Positions 9,925 to 21,157 of a DNA stretch of 63,225 nt are shown piece by piece. Both the position numbers and the translations under genes were made by a program. The first letter of the stretch is position 1, and each line of letters opens with the position of its first letter. Where the stretch lies: positions 1-63,225 of the forward strand of contig QPMI01000659.1 in NCBI GenBank assembly GCA_004431415.1, in the 5' to 3' direction. The notes beneath the pieces were generated by a model. The model ran no database searches and had not been told where the DNA came from. It worked only from the letters and a program-made list of their open reading frames with translations. The DNA is from Cyanophora paradoxa CCMP329 (lineage: Eukaryota > Plantae > Glaucophyta).

Positions 9925-10145
9925 GAGGGCGCTGCACCCGGCAGTGGACCCTGAGAGCTGCCGTACCAGCGGCAGGCTCTGTTCAGTGGTTGGCCGCTGC
10001 TCATGGCAGCGGAGGGCGCTGCACCCGGCAGTGAGCCCTTGTTGGCTGGCCGCTGCTCATGGCAGCGGAGGGCCACTGCACCCGGCAGTGGGCCCTGTGG
10101 TTGGTTGGCCGTCGCTCCAGCGACGGAGGGTCCTCATGGGACCTA
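9925..10145 (+). repeat. Tandem hairpin array in 3' UTR of element A
   Basis: Three copies of AGGGC..CTGC-ACCCG-GCAGTG..CCCT alternate with CCGCTGC-TCATG-GCAGCGG-type hairpins. Confidence 0.85.
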
Positions 10146-10437
10146 CCCCCAGTTTTCCCGTTGCTCAGCCGGAGCAGCGGGCTGGGAACCTTTTCTTGTA
10201 GCTGTTCCATTCAGTGCGTCCGATCCGCGTTGATCGCACGCCTCCTGAATTGCTCCGCCTTCCTTGGGCGCTGATCGGGTTGCGCAGTTCAGGCCGCGGG
10301 CTGATCACCCGTCCGGCCCTGGACCCTGCCACTTCCTGCTATCACCCTCTACGCCCCCCTGGCCGGCCCCTTCCGGCTGCTTCCTGGCCTCCCTCGGGCG
10401 GCACGGGGACGTGCCGACGAGGAACACGCGGAGCTAT

Positions 10438-10718
10438 TGCCTCACGGCTTTAGGCCGTCAGGAGCCGGCGCCCCGAGTCTCGCTACTCGCAGTGCTTGGC
10501 CTTAGTCTCCGCAGCGCTCACAATGAGTGCGCCGATTGGACCCCCACTACTTTTCATGTACCCCTCCCGGGCTCACACCCCGGGACACACACTTGTACCC
10601 TGTACTTGCGCTTGCTCCTGGAATACCAGCTCTGCTCGCTCTCGCCGCCAGCTTGCTAGAACTGCACAGCACGCATGGCTAAGCCTAGCCGCACCGTAAA
10701 CTAGGCTCTTCTGAGGTG
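10438..10718 (+). repeat. Probable 3' LTR of element A
   Basis: Starts TGCCTCAC after a GGCACGGGGACGTGCC hairpin and a weak purine-rich tract. Ends ...CTGAGGTG (imperfect inverse of the start) where homology to the flanking repeat begins. Confidence 0.55.
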
Positions 10719-12047
10719 GCCGGGCCATATATATGCATGCTGGCTCGCTAGCTATATATATATAGCCAGAGGGCCGGGGGACGAACCTGGCTGGCCAGAG
10801 AGGAATGTAATGATCGAGGAGCTAGAGGGAATTTATAATTAGGGGAGGAGTTGGACGTACTGGCTTGCTTTTAACTGGTGGAGCATATTGAGAGGAGATT
10901 TTATGTATTGGCTTGCTTTTAACTGGTGGAGCATATTGAGAGGAGATTTTATGTATAATATTGTTGTTGTTGTTGGGGGGGGGGGGGGGGGGGGGGGGGG
11001 AGCCGAGGATCCGGAGGGGCGAGGTTCTTGCAGCCAGGCGCATGCGCAGAGCTTGCCAATCGCTTAAAAAGAATCTCGCATGCATATAGTACCAATGTGC
11101 AGGGTTGCGGAGGCGAGGGCGCGAGGAAAGACGTGCAGGTCTATGCAGGATCGAATTTTCAGGGTCGGCTGGATTCTCGCGCCCTGTCGCGTTGTCGGGG
11201 GTCGCGAAAAGCTTAACGAAGATGTCAAATTACTATTGTAGCGATGCGCTTGCGTGAGGATGCGAGGGCGCGCGGAAAGGTCTGCAGGTCCGTGAAGGAT
11301 CGAATTTTCGGGGTCGGCTGGGTCCCCGCGGTCAGGCGCATCTGTAAAGCGTGCGGAATGCTTTGTCTACATCTCAAATGCTTATGCTATCGTTCCGCGC
11401 ATGCGCCGCGGCGTGGGCGCGCGGAAAGATCTCCGGCGCTGTCCAGGATCGAATTTTTGCCGTCGGGTAGCTTCGTGCGCTGTTCCGGCTTCGAAAAGCG
11501 GATTTCGGGGGTGCGCAGGCGCTGCTATGTCTATGCGCGCCCGTACGCATCGACTGCGCGCGTCGCGGGACCGGCCGGAACCGGCCGGATCAAATTTTCG
11601 GCCGACTCTTCGCACTGGAGCGTCGACGGCGCCGGAAATCGAGCTTGCGGCGATGCGCTCGCCCTCGCGCGTCATTCTGTATCGTTCTGGGGCGTCCCTG
11701 GCGCGGTTTCGTCGCGGGACCGGGCGGGACCGGGTCCCACCTTCTGACTCGGACTGTGTTTGTCGGAGGTTAAGTACCGGAATTGTTCCTGGAGGGAAAT
11801 TCGATGTTCGCGGGACGCCCACGGGAGAGCGGTCGTCTTACGGGCGCCAGGACGCTAAAAATGGCTCTAGAGAGGTTTGTAGGAGTTCGGGGAGCTGTGT
11901 GGCTAGTACGAGGTCACGTCCGTGTCGAGGCAGAATTAACAATTTGTCCTCGAGGAGTCGCGATACGGAAATTATTTAGTAGGGGGGGTCTCGAGTGGAA
12001 AAAAAGGAGTAAAAAAGGAATTGCGTCCGTTTCTTTTTGGTTTTGAG
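10718..12047 (-). mobile_element. Helentron-like non-autonomous element, copy 1 (both ends missing)
   Basis: Highly similar to 12195-13900. Contains a ~48-bp tandem duplication (10861-10956), a (TTG)n + poly-G tract and 149-bp sub-repeats. Confidence 0.6.
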
Positions 12048-13952
12048 ACAAGATCCGTGCTCCTGCGGAGCACTAAGTACGGCGAAGCCTCGCGGACGCT
12101 CTCGCGGCTGTCACAGTAGGCCTTGGCAGCCTAGGCCTAGCGCACTGGCCAGCGCGCTGCCCGGCCAAATGGCTGGCTGGAATTCGAAGCTGGCGGCCGG
12201 GCCATATATATGCATGCTGGCTCGCTAGCTATATATATAGCCAGAGGGCTGGGGGACGAACCTGGCTGGCCAGAGAGGAATGTAATGATCGAGGAGCTAG
12301 AGGGAATTTATAATTAGGGGAGGAGTTGGACGTACTGGCTTGCTTTTAACTGGTGGAGCATATTGAGAGGAGATTTTATGTATTGGCTTGTGCACGTGGG
12401 GGGGTGGGAGCCGAGGATCCGGAGGGGCGAGGTTCTTGCAGCCAGGCGCATGCGCAGAGCTTGCCAATCGCTTAAAAAGAATCTCGCATGCATATAGTAC
12501 CAATGTGCAGGGTTGCGGAGGCGAGGGCGCGAGGAAAGACGTGCAGGTCCATGCAGGATCGAATTTTCAGGGTCGGCTGGATTCTCGCGCCCTGTCGCGT
12601 TGTCGGGGGTCGCAAAAAGCTTAACGAAGATGTCAAATTACTATTGTAGCGATGCGCACGCGCGAGGATGCGAGGGCGCGCGGAAAGGTCTGCAGGTCTG
12701 TAGAGGATCGAATTTTCGGGGTGGGCTGGGTCCTCGCGGCCCGGCGCAGCTATAAAGCGTGCGGAAGGCTTCTTCTACATCTCAAATGCTTATGCTATTG
12801 TTCCGCGCATGCGCCGCGGCATGAGTGCGCGGAAAGATGTCCAGGCCGGTGCAGGATCAAATTTTTGCCGTCGGGTACCTTCGTGCGCTGTTCGGCATCC
12901 GAAAAGCGGATTTCGTGGGTGCGCAGGCCCTGCTATGTCTATGCGCGCCAGTGCGCATCGATTGCGCGCGTCGCGGGACCGGGTGGGACCGGCCGGATCA
13001 AATTTTCGGCCGACTCTTCGCACTGGAGCGTCGACGGCGCCCGAAATCGAGCTTGCGGCGATGCGCTCGCCCTCGCGCGTCATTCTGTATCGGTCTGGGG
13101 CGTCCCTGGCGCGGTTTCGTCGCGGGACCGCGGAAAGGTCTGCAGGTCTGTAGAGGATCGAATTTTCGGGGTCGGCTAGGTCCTCGCGGCCTGGTGCATT
13201 TATAAAGCGTGCGGAAGTCTTCTTGTACATCTTAAATGCTTATGCTATCGTTCCGCGCGTGCGCCGCGGCGCGGGCGCGCGGAAAGATGTCCGGGCCTGT
13301 GCAGGATCGAATTTTTGCTGTCGGGTACCTTCCTGCGCTGTTCGGCCTCTGAAAAGCGGATTTCGGGGGTGCGCAGGCCCTGCTATTTCTATGCGCGCTC
13401 GTACGCATCGTTTGTGCGCTTCGCGGGACCGGCCGGAACCGGCCGGATCAAATTTTCGGGCGACTGTTCGCACTGGAGCGTCGAGGGCGCCCGAAATCGA
13501 GCTTGCGGCGATGCGCTCGCCTCGCGCGTCATTCTGTATCGCTCTGGGCGTCCCTGGCGCGATTTCGTCGCGGGACCGGGCGGGACCGGGTCCCACCTTC
13601 TGACTCGGACTGCATTTGTCGGAGGTTAAGTACCGGAATTGATCCAGAGGGAAATTCGATTTTCGCGGGACGCCCACGGGGGAGCGGTCGTCTTAGGGGA
13701 GCCAGGACGCTAAAAATGGATCTAGAGAGGTCTGTGGGGGTTCGGGTGGGTGTGTGACTAGCGGCAATCGCGTCCGTGTCGAGGCAGAATTAATAATTCT
13801 GGCTCGAGGGAGTGCGACACGGAAATTATTTAGCAGGGGGGATCTCGAGTGGAAAAAAAGGTTAAAAAAGGAATTTAGATCGTCGGTTTTTGGGTTTGAG
13901 AAAGAGGCTTCGGCTGAAAGAGGCTTCGCCTGATTGGGGGGGTCCAATAAAA
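12048..13952 (-). mobile_element. Helentron-like (HINE) non-autonomous element, copy 2, apparently complete
   Basis: Sub-terminal inverted repeats GGCGAAGCCTC (12081-12091) and GAGGCTTCGCC (13920-13930). Stem-loop GTGCTCC-TGC-GGAGCAC (12057-12073) lies just inside a minus-strand ...CTTGT end. The other end has a T-run plus ATTGG..CCAAT palindrome. Internal tandem array with a 450-bp duplication. Confidence 0.65.
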
Positions 13953-13969
13953 GAGCGGATTTTGGTCTA

Positions 13970-14232
13970 CCGTCGGGCACTAAATTACCGCGGCATAAAT
14001 TACCGCGTTTAAAAACGCGGCCCGCCATAGAGCAAAATACCGCGGTACCAAATTACCGCGTTTTTACAAATTTGAGGCTTGTATGGGGCGGCATTTGGGG
14101 GGGTACTGTATGGGGCGACCTCTCAGCAACAAATTACCGCGGGACCAAATTACCGCGTTTTAACAAATTCTCGTCGCGGTAATTTGGTACCGCGGTAATT
14201 AAGTGGGCGCGGTATTTATATGTGTTCTACGG
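13970..14232. mobile_element. Tc1/mariner-pogo-like MITE
   Basis: TA|CCGT...ACGG|TA ends, imperfect ~40-bp TIRs, about six forward and three inverted copies of AAAT(T)ACCGCG, no ORF. Confidence 0.75.
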
Positions 14233-14866
14233 TAATCTGTAATCCCATCACTGGTGCGGTGCACAGGTGGGGGTAACTTGGCCCTTGAACTTGGGGAGCG
14301 CTGGCCGGCAGTGGCCGCTGCGCGGCGACCGTCGGACTCCGGGAGACGGTCGGACTCCCGGAGTCCGCCGGGCCGGCGAGCCCGGCGGCCGCAACCGTTG
14401 AACTCGCCGTACGCGTTAACGTTAACGTTGGGGATCCGGAGCGCGGCGAGCGGCTACTACCGGGCTAGCGCTCGCGAGTCACTGCAGCTGAGTCTCGCGA
14501 GTCGCGACTCGCGACTCGCGCGCACTGCGGCAGCGCGAACTTCGGAAGCGCGAGCGAGCAGCTTCATGATCATCGATATCATCCTATAGCTAATATCCAA
14601 GCCACGTTCACAGATAGCCTGGAAGCTTAAGTCACGCAGTATACAGATATCGATCGACAAGCTTAAGCTAGCCATATAGCGCTTTCCCTGCGCCGCGGTG
14701 CACGTACGCGTGGGCGCCCAACATTGTCGGATCGGACCACGAGCTTCAGTGCAACCTGGCCGCGGCCGCGGCCGACCACGGCAGCGGCCGACCACGGCAC
14801 AGATATATATAGGAGACAATCTCGAGCGCCGCGTCGGCATCCCGCGGCGCGCGCGTTCGCGCAATA

Positions 14867-17800
14867 ATGCTCGAACTCGTCGATCAGCTCTCTAGCGATG
14901 CATGGCTTGCAGGGAGCCCGCCAGAACCCCAGTTGGACGACGTCGACGCGTACGTCCCGCACCTGCAGCCGGCCGTGGACCTGCAGCCCGGCCGCGACTT
15001 CGCGCACGACGCGGCGCCCCAGGACCACCCTTTTGCGATCGGGGCCGATCCGGGCGCCAGCGCGCAAACGACGGAGCTCGGGCTCGAGGAATTGGAAAGG
15101 CTCGGGGCGGCGGGTGGGGAGGAGCTCGAGGCGGCCGGGCTCGCGATGCAGCTGGTCCTGGCTGACGACGCCGACGCCGGCCTCTCGCCCTCGCAGCCGC
15201 AGCCGCCGCCGCCGCCCGAAGCGCTGCCGCCCTCGCCTGCGCCTGCAGCTTCGGATCCGGATCCGCACGCCCCGGCCGAGGGCGCCGCGGCCGGCGCCGG
15301 CCAGCCCTTCACCCTCCTCCTCTGCAGGAAAGCGCAGGTGCGCATGCGCATGCGCTGGGGCTGGGCTGGGGCTGGGCCGGGGCGCTGCGGTGGCGAGCGG
15401 GGCGGGCGGCATGCGCAGGAGGCGGGGGCGGGGCCGGGGCCGCCGGAGCCGGTGGACGGGTCGCAGAAGACGGGCGACTTCGCGTTCGAGGTCGAGCTCG
15501 TCCTCATCGCCTCCCGGTCCGCCCCCTCCCCACCACCCCCCTCCCACCACCCCCTCCCTCGCCCCGGCCCCCGCTCCCCCTTCTCCCCCTTCCTCCTTCC
15601 CCTCTTCCGGGGGCCGACATGCGCTGGGGCGCGGGCAGGGAGTACCGGCTGCAGGCGGCGCGCGGGGGGCGCTCGTGGGCGGGCGAGAGCGTCCGCGTGC
15701 GGCTCGCGTACGCCGGTGGGTCCCCGCCGCCCCGCCCCGTCCCGCCCCGCTCCGCCCCTCGGCCCGCCACGCGCGCGCTCGCGCTCGCCGGCCAACAAGG
15801 CATGGGGGGGGGGCAGAGTCGGGGCGGAGGTGGCGGCGGGGCTGGTGCGGTTCAAGAAGGGAAGCAAGAACGGGCCGGCCGGCGAGTCCGCCCTCCTCTC
15901 GTTCCGCGAGGACGGCCGCACCGCCGAGGGCTTCGGCTTCCGTCCGCAACCCCGGCCCCGGCCCCGGCCCCGCCACCCGCCCGCGGCTCACCGCCTGCGC
16001 TCGCGCGCCCCGCAGGGCCGGACATCGCGAGCTACCAGCTGCCGCGGCGCCGGCCGACCATCTTCCTGTGCCCCGGCGCCGCGCGGCAGGCCGGACCGCG
16101 CTGGATCTGAAGGCGAGGGGCCGGCGGGGCGCAGGCTGAGTGTGGAGGGGCTGGACGGGGCCCCCTCGCCCTCTTCCTCGTCCACATCCTCAAGCGGTCC
16201 CCGCCCCGCGCCCCCGCCCTGCCCCCGCCCGCCCGCCCGCCCCGACCCGAGCCGCCGACGCAGGGCGCCGCAGCGGAAGGCGCCGCCGAAGGCGACGGCG
16301 ATGCGTCTGGAGCCAGCGCCCCGCCGCTGCTGCCGTCGCCGCGGGGCAAGGCGGCGAAGCGGGCGGCGGAGGGGCCGGCGGAGATGGGGCGATGCGGGGC
16401 GGGGGCAGCGGGTCGGACTCGGAGGAGGGGACGACGCCGGAGACGCCCCCGCGCTGGGCGAGCTCGAGATGGCCGACGCCGGCGACGTCGCCTCGCCCGT
16501 GCGCGGCGAGCGCGAGCCCGGCCTCGAGGCGGGGGGCCCAGCGCGCGCCACCCGCCCCCGCCCTCTTCCTCCCCGTCCAGCGCGGCCCGCCGCCCCGCCC
16601 CCGCCAGCGCCCCCGCCGGGGGAGCCGAGGGCCCCCCGAGGGGACCCGAGGTTCGCGCTTTCGACCCCCCCCCCCCCGCCCCCCCTTCGAGCCCGTTTTC
16701 GGGGTCTGGGTCGCGTTCGAGGGGGCGGACAGATGGACGAGCTGGCGACGATGTTCGAGGGATGACGGGGTTCGAGCGGGAGGGGCGGCGGGGCGGCGGG
16801 GGCGAGGGCGGGGCGGCGGGGCCGGGGCGGACGAGCTGGGGCCCGACGGCGACGACGCCGACCTCTTCAGCCGCATCCCGCCCCGCCCCCGTTCGCCCCC
16901 GCCCCCCCCTGCACCCCAGCCCCCGAGCCGCCCGCAGCGCCGCCCCCGCCGCTCAACCGTCCGGCTGGCAACCGCGGATCCGGTCGTTCGCGGAGAGCAG
17001 CCTGGCGCCGCCGTACCGGCACGGGAGCGACGCGGCGCGGGAGGAGGCGACGGTCTTCTTCCGCGCGGCGCTCGCGGCCGTGCGCTCGTGCGCGCGGGCG
17101 GCCGGGGTGAAGCAGCCCGTGGCCGCCAGCGACCGGCCCTCGCCGCACGTCCTCCGCGCCTGCGAGGACCTCGCCGCCGTGCGCCCGCGCCGCTCGTCCG
17201 CCCCCGTCCGCCCCGCCGGCCAGCGCCCCTGAGGCGCCGCCAGGCGCTGACCTCGCCGGAGCTCTTCGACACGCCCCTCTTCAGCACCTTGGACGGTGCG
17301 CAAGCGCGCTCGGGGCGCGGTGGGCCGGCGGGCGGGCTTGAGGGGCACCGGCGGGGGCGGCGCGCAGGGCGCTTCAGGACGCGGGCGGCGCTGGAGGACC
17401 TGCGCCTCACCGGCTCCGCCGCGCTGGCGCGCCCCCGCCCCGCCCCGCCCCGCCGGCGCCCCCGCCGCCCCGCCCAACGTTTTAGCCGGCCGCGGCGTGC
17501 GCAGGTCCACGTGGTGACGGCGGCGTGGCTCAAGGCGATCCTCGCCGCCACCGCCGAGGCCTGTGCGGCCAAGTGCGCTTGCGCCGACCCCTCGAGCTCC
17601 GAGAGCCGTGCGCGCTGGCCTCACGCGGGCGGCGCTCGGCAGGGAGGACGCGGAGCTCGTCGCTTGGCACGTCTGGCACATCTTCGAAGTCTGCAACGGC
17701 GCCGTGCGCCCCCGCCCTCCGCCCGCAGTGCGCCGCGCACCGCCGACGAGGCCGCGGCCGGCGGGGCGGGGCGGGCAGTGGCGCTGGCTGCGGGCGCCCG

Positions 17801-19939
17801 ACCTGGCCCCCGTCGACGACGTGTACATGACGGCGCTCTTCGGCCGCGCCGACCTCCTCCTCGAGGCGCGCCCCGCCTCGCCCCGGCGCGGTGCCGGCGA
17901 CGGGGACGGGACGGGGGCGAGCGGGCGGGGCCCGGGGCGCAGCCGCACGTGGCGGGGGACGCGCTGCTGTGCGCGCGGGCGGCAATCTGGCGCGGCCGCT
18001 TCATCCACGCCGTCCGCCCCCGCCCCGCCCCGCCCCGCCGCCCCGCCCCGCCGCCCCCGCCCCGCCGCCCCCGCCCCGCCCGCCCGATCGCGAGTGGTGC
18101 CGGCGGCCGGGGCGCGCAGTACGAGAACTGGCAGTCGCCCAGCGGGGCAGGCGCGCAAGCCGCCGCCGAGCTCTGTCCGCCCCGCCCCGCCCCCCTCGCG
18201 CGCCCCGCGCCCCGAACGCCCCGCCCGAGCGGGCTCGCTGACGTGGGGCGGCGGGGCGGGGCAGACTTCGAGGCGTGGAGCGTGCTGATCCGGGCGGGGC
18301 TGACGCCGTCGCGCGAGGAGGCGACGATCCTCTCGGACCTCACCTGGCTGATGGTGTTCGTGCCCACCAAGTGGGACCTGTGCGGGCACTTCGCCTCCAA
18401 GATGTACTGGTTCTGCGGGGACGCCGTGGAGGACCGCTGGTCCGAGGCCGTCGCCATCACCAACATGGGTCCGCCCCTTTCCCCGCCCCAAGACCCCTTT
18501 CGCGCCCGCTCGCAAAGGCCTTCGAGGCGCGCGGGGCGGGGCCGGGGGCGCTGAGGGCGGGGCGGGCAGGGCTGGAGGCGAGCCTGCGGGGCCGGGCGCG
18601 GATGGCGGTGCGGCACTTCGAGCGGGGGACGGAGCTCTTCGGGGCTCTCGGCGAGGGGGCGAGCCCCGGCCTCAACTGCTGCCACGAGATGGCCGGCCAG
18701 TCCTGCTTCCACATCGGTCCGCCCCGCCCCCTCCCCACGAGCCGCCTCACCTGACGCTCAGCGCTCTGGCGCCTGCAGGCGACTTCCGCGGGGCGTACAA
18801 GGTGCGCGGCGGCGTGACTGAGGCGCCGCCGCCAGCCCCCCTGGGGCCCGCCCCTCATGATCACTCGCACCGGCCGCTGACAACGACCCCTCCCCCCCTT
18901 CCCCCCCCCCTCCCCCCTTCCCCCCTCCCCCCCTTTCCCCTCCCCTCCCCCTCCCCTCCCCCCCCGGCCAGGCGGGACGCCTTGCTTGCAACACGCTCCA
19001 CGCCGCGCACGGGTACTCATACCAGGACACAGACATCTGGGCCGACGCCCTGCGCACCATCGTGCGCCGCCCGACCCTGGCCCCGCTTCGGCCCTGCGCC
19101 GATTGCTCGTGACCGCGCGCCCACAGAGGGAGGTCCACAGCTCGCGGCACAAACCCGGCGTGCTCTCGAGAGTCTTCACGCTGTGCGCCGCGCCTGCGCC
19201 GGCGCCCCGCCCGGGCGGCGCGAGGGGCGTGGGCGAGGGGCGGGGCGGGGCGGGGCGGCAGGAACGACCTGGCGATGGGGGTGAAGTGGTCGATGCGCGT
19301 GCTGGTGCGCGGCGACGTCTGCCCGAAGCCGCGCCTCGCCTTCCTCGTCGCCCACTCCTTCTACCGCGTCCGCCCCCGCCCGGGGGCCCCCGCCCCCGCC
19401 GCCCCGGCTCACGCCCCCCCCGCCCCCCCGGCACAGCTCGGCTGCATCTACCACCTGCTCGAGAAGCCGGCCAAGGCCGCCCCTACCTCGAGAAGGCCGC
19501 CGCCCACTACGCCGCCTATCCCGTGCCCCCGGCCCCCGCCCCCCGCCCGCCCCCGCGGCTGACGGCGGGGCCGGCAGGCGTACTTCCCCCCGAGGGAGGC
19601 CGCATGCGCCGTCTCGCGGAGCTGATGGCGGCCTGCCGCGGGGCCCTGCCGTGCTCCCCGCAGCGCCTTCTCGCGGCGGCGGCGGAGGCACCAGCGCCGG
19701 CGCCGGGGAAGGTGGTCCCGGTGGCGGGCCCCGGCTGGGGCGAGCGCCACGGCTCGAGCTCCCTCTCCTCGTCCGCCGAGACATCGGAGGCGGAGCAGCC
19801 CCTCGCCCCCGCCCAACTCGCCCCCGCCGCACTCCCGCGCCCGCGCCCGGGCCCGCCCGGCCCCGCCGGCCCCGCCCCGGGCCGCGCTTCCCGCCGCCCG
19901 CCCCCGTCTTGGGCCGTCCCCGCCGCCCACGCCCTCTGA
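14867..19939 (+). CDS. Multi-exon hypothetical protein; acidic N-terminus, beta-rich domain, helical/TPR-like C-terminal half
   Basis: Exon-like blocks (MLELVDQLSSD.., KTGDFAFEVELVLIAS, ELVAWHVWHIFEVCNG, TILSDLTWLMVFVPTKWDLCGHFASKMYWFC, ARMAVRHFERGTELF, QLGCIYHLLEKP..YLEKAAAHY) are separated by C-rich introns with CTGAC/CTCAC..CAG. Could be two genes. Confidence 0.55.
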
Positions 19940-21157
19940 GGAGCTCGAGTGCCCCGGGCAGGTCCTTGCAATTGGCGCCTCTCGGCTGACACAGCTCCCG
20001 CGCGAATGGCGAACATTTTTGGTTCAATGCGTTCGAATTCGCGCTGGCGTTCGGTTCATCGCATTTTCGGCCTTGCAAATGGCCGAGTTAGCTGGACAGC
20101 AGTCACTGAGTCGAGCCTTCAATTGTCGGACGCTCTAGTTCTATATACAGGTGATATATATAGCTGGCTGTACATTGAACAAGCGAAGGTCTAGATCTGC
20201 AGAAATCGGTTTTTCAAATTTCAGAACTTTTTCACTGATCGATATCGTTATATAGATATAGGACGTCGACCCCACGGTCCGCTGAGCTCGAGCTCACTGC
20301 GGTATGTATCAGCGAGTTGCTGATCTATCCCGGGATCCGATGATCGGTACCGGTGCCATGTTGATCAAATCCGTTCAATGGAACGGTTAACGTAGCACAC
20401 CGTGGCACGTTCCCAGTGTGTTAGAATTTTTGAATATTGAACAGCCGTAGTACACGTAACTAGTCAGCCTTTACTAAGTTTACTGAGATTGAAGCCCTTG
20501 AAGATGAATTCGAAGATCTAGACTCTTGAGGGAGATTGGCAGTGGACTCCGGGATTTTCCAAAAAACTGAACTTACTTACCATTACCCGAAGCTGTTAGC
20601 AATCAACATAAAACAAGACCATTCAAGTGCTTTTCGTGCGCGCATGCATGTGCAAGATCATATGCATGTACATGTGCCAGGCTGCCAGCGGACTCTCGAG
20701 CCCCACGGCTTTAAAATTTGCTTTTCGATTCAGGAAGGAAGGCATGCACCCGCGTACCTCAAGCTCCCTACATCAAACTGGCAGACTCGCACAGAAAAAA
20801 ACGCGAAATGCGGCGGCTCGGGCGCCGCGCTCGTTTGCGAAAACGCGTATGCTAGCAAATTAAAAGGGGCCTCGGATCAAATTTCGGACTGCAAACAATT
20901 GAGGCTCGACTAGCCGGCTCGCTAACCTCAGTAGTAAATCTACTTCACTACCCATTTGCTTTCCATCGGAAAAAACTGTTTAAACGACATCTTATGCAGA
21001 GAGCGATGCGAAAAAGACTACTCTCGGCCACTATAGCTAAGAAAAGGAAAAAGAAGGCTATTCTGCAAAAACTGAAGTGAAAAAGGCCATTCGGAGAAAA
21101 ACTGAAAATAAGCGTCCTCGATCAGCGAAGGCGTCTCACCGCGGCTGGTAGCGCCAC

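Larger units (their letters stand above)
4239..10718 (+). mobile_element. Ty3/Gypsy LTR retrotransposon A, 3' portion (PR C-half to 3' LTR)
   Basis: Domain order PR-RT-RNaseH-IN is diagnostic of Ty3/Gypsy. It is followed by a 3' UTR and an LTR candidate. Confidence 0.93.

Noticed and set aside
3828-10718. Single element with inverted 5' half
   Set aside because: The two LTR candidates are not homologous beyond a few short words, so they belong to different families.
11244-13757. Repeated 110-190 aa ORFs in the tandem region
   Set aside because: Stops and frames differ between copies and there are no recognisable motifs; non-coding repeat.
20200-21120. AT-richer block as a possible transposon remnant or RNA gene
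   Set aside because: No terminal repeats, TSD, credible ORF or recognisable RNA structure found; treated as intergenic/3' UTR.
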